Shown here: one piece after another, positions 47,267-56,032 of the stretch
Position numbering within the stretch: the first letter of the stretch is position 1
Layout: every line of letters begins with the position of its first letter
From: an uncultured Gemmataceae bacterium
GTDB lineage: Bacteria > Planctomycetota > Planctomycetia > Gemmatales > Gemmataceae
Direction: 5' to 3'
Length of the DNA: 64,000 nt
NCBI GenBank assembly: GCA_963750165.1
Contig: CAVVPN010000004.1
Coordinates: forward strand, 1,056,001-1,120,000
Notes under the pieces: generated by a model
Databases searched by the model: none
What the model was told of the DNA's origin: nothing
What the model saw: only the letters and a program-made list of their open reading frames with translations
Made by a program: the position numbers and the translations under genes

Positions 47267-47659
47267 ATGATCCAGGCCGGCGGCAAGCAGCGCATGGTCG
47301 TCGTGCTGACGGCCCTCGTCGGCGTGACCGCCACCGCGGTCGCCTACCTCGGCACACGGCAGGACCAGCAACCGGCCGCGCCGCCGTCCGCGTCCGCCCC
47401 GGCCGGCGCCGCGTTCACCAGCGAAGTGATCGTGATGCCGCACGACGAGCCGGAATGGCCGCCGGGGCCTCACCAGCGCACCTTCCTCGCTAACTGCACG
47501 ATCTGCCACTCGACGCGCCTGGTGATGACGCAACCGTCGTTCCCGCGCGCGAAGTGGCAGGAGATCGTTCATAAGATGGTCAAGACCTACGGCGCCCCGA
47601 TCACCCACGAATCCGAACAGCAGATCGTCGAGTATCTGGTGACGGTTCGCGGCCAGTGA
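47267..47659 (+). CDS. Membrane-anchored monohaem cytochrome c, SorB-like
   Basis: NCTICHS...QP...WQEIVHKMVKTYGAPI; GGAGGT RBS. Confidence 0.82.
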   Translation: MIQAGGKQRMVVVLTALVGVTATAVAYLGTRQDQQPAAPPSASAPAGAAFTSEVIVMPHDEPEWPPGPHQRTFLANCTICHSTRLVMTQPSFPRAKWQEIVHKMVKTYGAPITHESEQQIVEYLVTVRGQ

Positions 47660-47685
47660 CGGGCCGCGCCGCAGAAGGGAGCCGC

Positions 47686-50385
47686 ATGAGCGCTGACGCC
47701 GCCGTCCCCGCCGACCTGCCCGCGACCGAGCACGGCCTGATCCGCGCTCACGGCCTGGCCGCGCTGGCGATGGTCGTCTACTCCGCACTGCTCGGCCTGG
47801 CGGTCGCGCTCAAGTTCCACTGGCCGGACTTCCTGGGCGACACCGCCTGGCTGACGTGGGGCCGGCTGCGCTACGGCCACACCCAGGGCATCTTTTTCGG
47901 CTGGCTCGGCAACGCTTTCCTGGCGTTCTTCTATCACGCCGTGCCGCGCCTCGCCGGTCGTCCCGTCACCAGCCGTGGGCTGGGCTGGCTGCTGTTCGCC
48001 GTCTGGAACTTCGGCGTCGTCATCCCCGGCTGGGTGCTGGTGCAGATCGGCATCAGTCAGCCGCTGGAGTGGGCCGAGTTCCCCATCGTCACCGACGTGT
48101 TTGTCGTGTTCGCCTTCGTGCTGACGGCGCTGCAATTCGTGCTGCCGTTCTTCCGCCGCGGCATCGCGAACCTGTATGTCTCGGCCTGGTACATTCTCGG
48201 CGGCACCGTGTTCACGCTGTTCGCCTACCCGGTCGGCAACTTCATGCCGGAACTGGTGCCCGGGGCGCGCGGGGCGACCTACAGCGGTCTGTGGATCCAC
48301 GACGCCATCGGTCTGTATGTCACGCCGTTCGCCGTGGCCATTGCCTATTTCGTCATCCCCACGGTCACCGGCCGGCCCATCTACAGCCACTTCCTGTCGA
48401 TGCTGGCGTTCTGGATGCTGTTCTTCATCTACCCGCTCAACGGCACGCACCACTTCCTCTTTTCCTCCATTCCCATGGAGGCCCAAATTGGGGCCATCGT
48501 CGCCTCGGTGTACCTCGGCATGGACGTGGTGCTAAACGTCAGTAACCTGCTGCTGTCGCTGCGCGGCTCCGCGCCGGTAGTGGCCCGCGACGTGCCGCTG
48601 CGCTTCGTCTGGGTGGGCATCGTTTCTTACCTGGTGGTGAGCTTGCAAGGTTCGCTGCAGGCGCTGATGCCGGTCAACCGCTTCGTCCACTTCACGGACT
48701 GGGTCATCGGCCACTCCCATCTGGCGATGATCGGCTTCGCCTCGTTCCTGGCGGTCGGCGGGCTGCTACACGCCTGGCAGCACACGGCCGGCCTGCGCTA
48801 CAACGCCCACGCCGCCAACTGGGCGTTCTGGCTGCTGGCGGTCGGGCTGGCCGCGATGGTCAGCGACCTGACGGCCGCGGGGCTGGTGCAGGGCCAGCTC
48901 TGGCAGTCCGAGGCGCCCTGGATCGATTCGGTCAGCGCCTCGCAGCCGTTCTGGGTTTCGCGGTCGCTGGCGGGACTGCTGGTGCTGGCTGGGTTCGGCG
49001 CCCTCTGCCTGACCGTGTTGACCGGCCCCGTCGGCGAGGTCTCAGAAGTCAGAGAACAGAAGTCAGAAGCCAGGAGTCAGGAGTCAGAGAGCGGTTCTCC
49101 GCTGACTTCTGACCGCTGTCCTCTGATCTCTGAAGCCGAGAGCCATCGCCGCGCCCTGCCCTGGTTGAAGAGCGCCTACGTACTGACCGGTGTGGCGGGC
49201 TTCGGCTGCTTCCTGTTCTCGTTCGTGGTGCTGGCCGTCTGGCCCAACCAGGCGCTGGAACAGGAGATGGACGCCAGCCGGCCGCCGGGCCTGCCGCCGC
49301 TGACCGACGCCGAGCTGCGCGGCCGCGCGATCTATGGCCGCGAGGGCTGCCTCAACTGTCATTCGCAACTGGTCCGGTCCACCACCGACGACGTGCGCCG
49401 CTTCGGCCTCGCGAGCCAGGCGTGGGAGACGGAGAAGGAGTTTCCGCAGTTGTGGGGCACGCGCCGCATCGGCCCCGACCTGGCGCGTGAGTCCGGCAAG
49501 CGGCCGCGTGACTGGCACCTGACCCATCTGTGGAACCCGCGCTGGGTCGTGCCCGAATCCAACATGCCGGCTCATCCGTGGCTCTTCGACAGCTCGCCGC
49601 TCCGGCCGACGCAGGAGGCGCTCGACCTGGTGGCTTACCTGGAGTCACTGGGCCGCGACGCGCGCCTGGCCGGCACGCTGGAACGCGGCCCCGGTCGGAA
49701 AATGGACCCGGCCGAGGAGGAGCGCATGGGCGTCTTCTGTGACTGCGCCATCCCGCGCACGGCCGGCCCGGCGGTGCTGCTCTCGACGGACCTGCCGCCC
49801 GCCGAGTTGCTGCGTTTCGAGCTGCGCGGGGCAGCCGTCTTCGCACGTCACTGCGGCGGTTGCCACGGATCGGGCGGCAAGGGCGACGGGCCCGCGGCGG
49901 TGAGCCTGCTGCCGGCGCCGCGCGACCTGACGCAAGCGCGTTTCTCGGACGCCGCGCTGAGCCGGGTCCTGTGGGGAGGGGCCCGCGGCTCGTCGATGCC
50001 CGGCTGGCATGAGTTACCCGTGAACGACCTGCGGGCGCTGGCGGCCCACGTCCGCACGCTGGAGGAACGGCCCCCACAGGCGGAGCGGGAGCCTGTGCTC
50101 TCGGCCGAGGAACGCGGTCAGGCCGAACTGTTGTACGCGACGAACTGCGTGACGTGTCACGGCCCGCGTGGACAGGGCGACGGCACCGCGGCAGGTGCCC
50201 TGGCCCCGCGACCGACCGACTTCGGCCAGGTGCGCCCGAGCCTGGCCTACGCCGAGCACGTGCTGGCAGAGGGCGTACCCGGGACCGCCATGCCACCGTG
50301 GCGGTCGCCGCCGGTCGCCGCCCAGCGCCGCCTGCTGGCGCGCTACGTCCGCACGCTGTACCAACCCGCACCCTCACCCCGCTAA
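47686..50385 (+). CDS. ccoNO: cbb3-type oxidase fusion: CcoN + CcoO + dihaem cytochrome c
   Basis: WGRLRYGH, WIHDAIG, YPLNGTHH, DWVIGHSH; YGREGCLNCHSQ, WGTRRIGPDL; CGGCH and CVTCH. Confidence 0.85.
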   Translation: MSADAAVPADLPATEHGLIRAHGLAALAMVVYSALLGLAVALKFHWPDFLGDTAWLTWGRLRYGHTQGIFFGWLGNAFLAFFYHAVPRLAGRPVTSRGLGWLLFAVWNFGVVIPGWVLVQIGISQPLEWAEFPIVTDVFVVFAFVLTALQFVLPFFRRGIANLYVSAWYILGGTVFTLFAYPVGNFMPELVPGARGATYSGLWIHDAIGLYVTPFAVAIAYFVIPTVTGRPIYSHFLSMLAFWMLFFIYPLNGTHHFLFSSIPMEAQIGAIVASVYLGMDVVLNVSNLLLSLRGSAPVVARDVPLRFVWVGIVSYLVVSLQGSLQALMPVNRFVHFTDWVIGHSHLAMIGFASFLAVGGLLHAWQHTAGLRYNAHAANWAFWLLAVGLAAMVSDLTAAGLVQGQLWQSEAPWIDSVSASQPFWVSRSLAGLLVLAGFGALCLTVLTGPVGEVSEVREQKSEARSQESESGSPLTSDRCPLISEAESHRRALPWLKSAYVLTGVAGFGCFLFSFVVLAVWPNQALEQEMDASRPPGLPPLTDAELRGRAIYGREGCLNCHSQLVRSTTDDVRRFGLASQAWETEKEFPQLWGTRRIGPDLARESGKRPRDWHLTHLWNPRWVVPESNMPAHPWLFDSSPLRPTQEALDLVAYLESLGRDARLAGTLERGPGRKMDPAEEERMGVFCDCAIPRTAGPAVLLSTDLPPAELLRFELRGAAVFARHCGGCHGSGGKGDGPAAVSLLPAPRDLTQARFSDAALSRVLWGGARGSSMPGWHELPVNDLRALAAHVRTLEERPPQAEREPVLSAEERGQAELLYATNCVTCHGPRGQGDGTAAGALAPRPTDFGQVRPSLAYAEHVLAEGVPGTAMPPWRSPPVAAQRRLLARYVRTLYQPAPSPR
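49042..49133. repeat. Heptamer inverted repeat inserted in frame in the CcoN-CcoO linker
   Basis: Seven TCAGAAG-like units followed by about 4.5 CTGACTT-like units. Confidence 0.85.
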
Positions 50386-50399
50386 CCGGAGGACGCCTC

Positions 50400-50585
50400 A
50401 TGGCCGTCAACCTCATCGTGCTGGCCGTGACGCTGCTGATGGCCGCCTTCGTCGGCGTCTGGATCTTCTTCCCCCGGCTGCGTGCCTGGATGGAGATGCC
50501 GAAGTATCGTTTCCTGGAACAGCAGCGTCAGTTTCCGGACGTGCTTCGGGAGCGTCAGCCCGGAGAGAACGGGTCGTCTCAGTAG
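50400..50585 (+). CDS. Small single-TM protein, possibly CcoQ-like
   Basis: GGAGG RBS, one hydrophobic helix, 14 nt after the oxidase gene. Confidence 0.55.
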   Translation: MAVNLIVLAVTLLMAAFVGVWIFFPRLRAWMEMPKYRFLEQQRQFPDVLRERQPGENGSSQ

Positions 50586-50684
50586 CGTGTGGCGTTGGAA
50601 TGGAACCTGGGAAGCAGCAAGGGCCGGGCCTGATTGCATCAGGACCGGCCGCAGGTGATTGCTCGCTCGGAGCGAAGGATTGAG

Positions 50685-50756
50685 AGGCCCCTCCCGGAAT
50701 CGAACCGGGGTGAACGGATTTGCAATCCGCTGCCTAAGCCGCTCGGCCAAGGGGCC
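50685..50756 (-). tRNA. tRNA-Cys(GCA), no encoded CCA
   Basis: GGCCCCT/AGGGGCC acceptor stem, CGGA-TTGCAAA-TCCG anticodon arm, GGTTCGATTCC T-arm. Confidence 0.95.
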
Positions 50757-50986
50757 CGAAGGCGATGGTGTTGGTATCGGTCGAATCGAGCCGGCGACTT
50801 GATCGGTTTTTTCGACCTCCCCCTGGCGGCGACACCACCAAAGTTGGCCTCCTTTTTTTCAGACGATGAAGCATCCTTTACTTTTGGTTCACCTCAACTT
50901 TAAGGTGACGCGCTATCCTTATTGGATAGGGACACGGCAACCAAGTCGCCTTGTGGGTCTGCCCGATCCAACGGACGGAGGCCATT

Positions 50987-52118
50987 ATGGAAGACCGGAC
51001 GGAGGCCATTATGGAAGACCGAGCGGGGTTCAGCGCCCGCCTGTCGCACTTGATCCACCACCACTTCCTCTGGCTGCTGATCGGCGCGTACGCCGTCGCC
51101 GCCGTGCTGCCGGGGCCGGGTGCCTGGATCCGCGGAGTGAGTCTTGGGGAACTCACCCTGTTCGGCGAGCACGTGCATCTCACGCTGCCGACGGTCATGC
51201 TCGGCCTGCTGCTGCTCAACGCCGGGCTGGGCATTCGCGCGCGCCGGCTGCTCCGCCTGGCTCGCAACCCGCTCATCCTGGCCGCAGGATTGCTGGCGAA
51301 CGTGGTCGTGCCGGTCGCCTTCATCCTCGGAGTGGCACAAACCATGCAACTGTGGCACAATGCCGACGAGGTGCAGAACATCCTGGTCGGGCTGGCGCTG
51401 GTCGCCTCCATGCCGGTGGCGGGCTCGTCCACCGCCTGGTCGCAGAACGCCAACGGCGACCTGGCGCTGAGCCTGGGGCTGGTGGTGTGCTCCACCTTCC
51501 TGAGTCCGCTCACCACCCCGGCGGCGCTCGAGCGCCGTCGGCTGGATGGCGAACGGCGTCTACGCCGAGGGGCTGCGCACCCTGGCGGGCGGCGGCACTG
51601 GTTTGTTCCTGGCGGCGTTCGTGCTGCTGCCGTCCCTGCTCGGCATGGGCGGCCGCGGCCTCGTGGGGAAGGCGCCGCTCGCCCGGGCGCGGCCGACGCT
51701 CAAGCTGCTCAACTCGGTCAACCTGCTGGCGCTGAGTTACGCCAACGCCTCGGTGGCCCTGCCGCGGGTGGTGGCCGAACCCGACTGGGATTTCCTGGGC
51801 GTGATCCTTGTGATCGTTCTGGCCATGTGCGCGCTGGGGTTCACGTCGGGGTGGCTGGTGGCGCGGCTGTTCCGCGCGGACCCGGGGCGGCGGGCGTCCC
51901 TGGTATTCGGGTTGGGGATGAACAATAATGGCACTGGGCTGGTGCTGGCCGCGGCGGCGCTGCCACACTTGCCGGGTGTGCTGCTGCCGGTCATCTTCTA
52001 CAACCTCGCGCAACACGTGGTGGCCGGGATCGCTGACAGGCTTGCTGACCGGGGCAACCCCACCTTCCCGGGTTCGCCCGAGGGCGTCGTGATCTGCCCG
52101 CAGATGAGCGCCGCTTAA
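50987..52118 (+). CDS. Bile acid:Na+ symporter family protein (frameshift near 51530)
   Basis: MPVAGSSTAWS...GDLALS...TFLSPLTTP, then GLGMNNNGTG in the next frame. Confidence 0.8.
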
Positions 52119-52151
52119 CGTCCGGCTCCGAACCATTACCCCGAGGGATTC

Positions 52152-52664
52152 ATGGTCCACATCCTGCTGTTCCTCAGCGGCGCCGAGGAAGGAGCGACCC
52201 CCGTTGGCCGGGTGAATCTGCGCAGCGTCGTCGCCGGGCCGGGCGGTTCGTTCAGTCGCCTGCTGGACGACGATGGCAGCCCCGCCCCCTTCGCGTTTAC
52301 CTGCGAGCCGCCCGGTTCGCTCAACGACGACGACGCCCGCGAGGTCGCCGGCGCCCTGCAGCGCGGCAAGCAGAGCGGCAGTCTGCGCGCCTACGAGTGG
52401 CGGCTGGCTCCGGAGCGTCCCGGCGGCGAGGCGCCCACGCGCTTCCTCGTCTCCCGTCTGGGGCAGGGCGGCCACCACGCCGATCGGCCGCCCTGCCCAG
52501 GGGCAAGGTGGGAGCGCGTCGGCGACGGCTACCGCTGGTTGATCGAGCTTGCCAACCTGGGCGAGTTGGTGAGCTTCCAGGAGCGGCACGGCCGGCTGGT
52601 GCTCGGCCGCGACACCGGCACCGGCTTACCGAGTCTGGAGATTGGCGACGCCGGCCTGGAGTAA
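52152..52664 (+). CDS. Hypothetical protein, paralog of 8790-9305
   Basis: About 78% amino-acid identity by manual alignment. Confidence 0.8.
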   Translation: MVHILLFLSGAEEGATPVGRVNLRSVVAGPGGSFSRLLDDDGSPAPFAFTCEPPGSLNDDDAREVAGALQRGKQSGSLRAYEWRLAPERPGGEAPTRFLVSRLGQGGHHADRPPCPGARWERVGDGYRWLIELANLGELVSFQERHGRLVLGRDTGTGLPSLEIGDAGLE

Positions 52665-52987
52665 TACCAAATCGCGTTGCTGGTTGGCGTTACCAGCCCG
52701 GAGCGCCAGATCGAGTTCCCCGTTGCTGGCGCTCCGGGCTGGTAATCTGTTCCTCACCGCGGCGACCCGCCCCACTCCGGTTATATTGCCCAACAAGGAT
52801 CCATTTTTTTGCTATTGTCGCAACCCCGGGCGGCACCGCACGTCCACAGCGGCAAGGCGTGGCTCAACGGCCTTTTGTAACATTTCGTAACACCCCCTCT
52901 TGCCGACGCAATCCGCCGTGGCCTCCGGTTCGTCTCCCTGTTAGAGTGCGAGTTGGGGAAGAGTTCGTGTCTCCAAAGGAGTTTCTC

Positions 52988-55462
52988 ATGCGACGCCTTG
53001 TGCCCGTGCTGCTGTTGCTGGGGCTGGCCGCCAACGCCGACGCGCGCGGCCTGCTGATCCCAGCCGAGAAGAAACTGCCGCCGCTGGCGATGGTCAGCCA
53101 CGAGGTCAACGTCAAGATCGACGACCAGGTCGCCGTCACGCGCATCGAGCAGGTCTTCCGCAACCACACCGACCGCCCCCTCGAAGTCAGCTACGTCTTC
53201 CCGGTGCCCAGGGGCGCCAGCGTCAAGAAGTTCGTCCTGTGGGTCGATGGCAAGGCTATCCCCGGCGAAATCATCGAGGCCAAGAAGGCCAGGGACATTT
53301 ACACCGACATCGTCCGCCGCACCCTCGACCCCGGCCTGTTGGAGTACCTCGGCAACGACCTGTTGCAGTTCAAGGTCTTCCCGGTGCCGGCCAAGAAGGA
53401 TCAGAAGGTCGCCGTCGAATTCACCTCCGTCGCCGGCGCCGACAACGGCGTCATCGAGTACGTCTATCCGCTCAAGACCGACGGCAAGGCCATCAGCACC
53501 CTGGAGAAATTCGCGGTCAACGTCCACCTCAAGTCGCAGCACGCCCTGCAGAACATCTACAGCCCAACACACCGCATCAGCACGACGCGGGCCAACGACC
53601 ACGAGGCCAACGTCGTCTTCGAGAAGAACCAGGCTCTGCTCGACAGCGACTTCCAGCTTTACTACCAGGTCGGCAAGGGCAAGGACGTCAGCCTGACAAC
53701 GCTGACGCACCGGCCGACCTCCGGCAACGACGGTTACTTCATGCTGTTGGTGTCGCCGCGGGTCGAATTGTCGAAGGAGCAGCAGATTCCGCGTGACTTC
53801 GTGTTCGTGCTCGACACCAGCGGCAGCATGCGCGGCAAGCGCATGGAGCAGGCTCGCAGCGCCCTGAAATATTGCCTGGGCAACCTCCACAAGCGCGACC
53901 GCTTCGCCATCATCAACTTCGCCACCACGGTCAACCACTACAACGACCACCTGCTGGCCGCCAACCAGGACCAGTTGAAGGAAGCCCGTAAGTGGGTGGA
54001 CAACCTGGAGGCGACCGGCGGCACCGCCATCAACGACGCCCTGCTCGCCGCCCTGGCCCTGCGGACCAGCGACGCCACGCGCACCTTCACCGTCGTCTTC
54101 TTCACCGACGGCAGGCCGACCATTGGCGAAACCAACGTGGACGCCATCCTCAAGAACGTCCTGGGCAAGAACAGCGCCACCACGCGCATCTTCACCTTCG
54201 GCGTCGGCGACGACGTGAACGCCTCGTTCCTCGACCGCCTCGCGGACCAGAGCCGCGCCCTGAGCACCTACGTCCGCGAAACCGAGAATATCGAGGTCAA
54301 GGTGAGCAGTCTGTACAGCAAGATCAGCAATCCCGTGCTGGCCAACCTGCGGCTGACGGTCGGGACGGACGTGAAGATTTCCGAGGTGTATCCGCCGCAG
54401 CTGCCGGACCTGTTCCACGGCAACCAGCTGGTGGTGCTCGGCCGCTACACCGGCAAGGGCCACGCCGCCGTCAAGTTGACCGGCCAGGTCGGCAGCGAAC
54501 AGCGCGAGTTCGTCTACGAGGTCAACTTCCCGCACCAGACCACCGAGCGCAAGGAGTTCGTTGAGGATCTGTGGGCGCGGCGCAAGGTCGGCTACCTGCT
54601 CGATCAAATCCGCCTCAACGGCGAGAAGAAGGAACTGGTCGATGAGGTGGTGACGCTGGCGAAGCGCTACGGCATCACCACGCCGTACACCAGCTACCTG
54701 ATCGTGCCGGACGCCCTGGTGCCAGTGGTGGCGGCGCCGGCCAAGGGGAGCAAGAAGAAGGCCGCGGGCAAGCCCAACGTGGCCTTCGACCTGAGCAGCG
54801 CCAACACGGCCCCGCAGGCGCTGCAGAAGGCTGGCGGCCCCAAGGGCGTCACCCAGATGCCGGTGGCGGAGTTCGTGAAGAACAATTACGCCCCCGGCCC
54901 CGTTACCGCGGGTGGCGGTTACGGGATGGGCGGCTTCTCCCAGTACCGCTTCGAGTACGCCGAGAAGGAACTGAACAAGGCAACGGCCGGCGACAAGGCC
55001 AAGGTAGACAGCGCGACCAAGGGGCTGTGGGAGGCGAAGGAACGCCTGGCCAACAATGGCAAGGCGCAGACGTATCTCAAGCAGGGCAAGCGCGAAGCGG
55101 TGCAGGCCGGCAAGCTCGGCGTCGAGCTGAGCTGCGACAACAACCTGCTGCGTTCCCAGACGCAGCCGACGCAGACGGCGGTGCGGCGCGTCGGCGCCTA
55201 CAACTGCCTGGAGGTTGGCGGCGTCTGGATCGACGAGCGGTTCGACCCGAAGATGAAGGTGGTCACTGTCAAGGCGATGAGCAAGGCGTACTTCAACCTC
55301 ATCGACCGGCAGCCGACGGCCCGCGCGGCGCTGCGGCTCGGCAACCATCTGGTGTGGGTCACGCCCAGCGGCACCGCTCTGGCCATCGACACCACCACCG
55401 GCGCTGAAACCCTCAGCAACGCCGAGATTGACGTGCTGTTCGTGGCGCCGAAGAAGAAGTGA
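52988..55462 (+). CDS. Secreted VIT + VWA domain protein
   Basis: Signal peptide, VIT domain, DTSGS MIDAS, GGT, TDG, LWARRK, ITTPYTS. Confidence 0.9.
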   Translation: MRRLVPVLLLLGLAANADARGLLIPAEKKLPPLAMVSHEVNVKIDDQVAVTRIEQVFRNHTDRPLEVSYVFPVPRGASVKKFVLWVDGKAIPGEIIEAKKARDIYTDIVRRTLDPGLLEYLGNDLLQFKVFPVPAKKDQKVAVEFTSVAGADNGVIEYVYPLKTDGKAISTLEKFAVNVHLKSQHALQNIYSPTHRISTTRANDHEANVVFEKNQALLDSDFQLYYQVGKGKDVSLTTLTHRPTSGNDGYFMLLVSPRVELSKEQQIPRDFVFVLDTSGSMRGKRMEQARSALKYCLGNLHKRDRFAIINFATTVNHYNDHLLAANQDQLKEARKWVDNLEATGGTAINDALLAALALRTSDATRTFTVVFFTDGRPTIGETNVDAILKNVLGKNSATTRIFTFGVGDDVNASFLDRLADQSRALSTYVRETENIEVKVSSLYSKISNPVLANLRLTVGTDVKISEVYPPQLPDLFHGNQLVVLGRYTGKGHAAVKLTGQVGSEQREFVYEVNFPHQTTERKEFVEDLWARRKVGYLLDQIRLNGEKKELVDEVVTLAKRYGITTPYTSYLIVPDALVPVVAAPAKGSKKKAAGKPNVAFDLSSANTAPQALQKAGGPKGVTQMPVAEFVKNNYAPGPVTAGGGYGMGGFSQYRFEYAEKELNKATAGDKAKVDSATKGLWEAKERLANNGKAQTYLKQGKREAVQAGKLGVELSCDNNLLRSQTQPTQTAVRRVGAYNCLEVGGVWIDERFDPKMKVVTVKAMSKAYFNLIDRQPTARAALRLGNHLVWVTPSGTALAIDTTTGAETLSNAEIDVLFVAPKKK

Positions 55463-55479
55463 CCGGTGAAATCCACTTG

Positions 55480-55525
55480 CTGCCGCTTGCGGCTCGGCGT
55501 GCTTCCGCAAAGCCGCAAGCGGCAG
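55480..55525. repeat. REP-like hairpin
   Basis: CTGCCGCTTGCGGCT / AGCCGCAAGCGGCAG. Confidence 0.75.
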
Positions 55526-55550
55526 TCAAAAAAGCTGAGAGACTGAACCG

Positions 55551-55769
55551 ATGCTGACACGTGGACAAGCAAAATGTCCCGTCTTCCTCTTTCACGCGCG
55601 GGACGACAGAAACGTCCCGCTTCAACAAACCACAGGGTTCGCGGCACTGCTGAAGAAGACCAACGCGAATGTCACCCTGGTCACCGTTCCGAACGGCGGT
55701 CATTACGACTCGATGTTGCATCAGGGCATTCCGAAGGGCATCACGTGGTTTCGGCAGCTACAGAAATAG
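55551..55769 (+). pseudogene. C-terminal fragment of an S9 / alpha-beta hydrolase
   Basis: PVFLFHARDDRNVP...GGHYDSM; no N-terminal part. Confidence 0.55.
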
Positions 55770-55834
55770 CGTCGTTGAAGAAAGCGAAAAGAGGCCAGAT
55801 TTGCTCTGCTCGGCCCAGCGGGTACAATCACGAC

Positions 55835-55940
55835 ATGGCCAACACGCGACCCAGTCCATTTCCGTTTCCGCCCCGGCGCATGTACTGGGGGGCGAACATC
55901 CCAATGCGGGTGATCCGCCGCTACGCCTACGGCACCCCGC
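55835..55940 (+). pseudogene. Internally deleted nucleotidyltransferase (MNT-like) remnant
   Basis: IPMRVIRRYA joined directly to YGTP at the CTACGCCTAC microhomology. Confidence 0.45.
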
Positions 55941-55954
55941 AAGGGTTAGCTCCT

Positions 55955-55990
55955 CCGTTGTGGCCCGGTCAGGAGACCGGGCCACAACGG
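55955..55990. repeat. REP-like hairpin
   Basis: CCGTTGTGGCCCGGTC-AGGA-GACCGGGCCACAACGG. Confidence 0.75.
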
Positions 55991-56032
55991 GGAGAGCAAC
56001 CGCTTTCACCGCTTCGGTTCAAACCGACCTCG

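Noticed and set aside
50685..52800. tRNA-Cys as the integration site of an island
   Set aside because: No duplicated tRNA 3' end and no integrase found; the accessory-looking genes lie on the 5' side.
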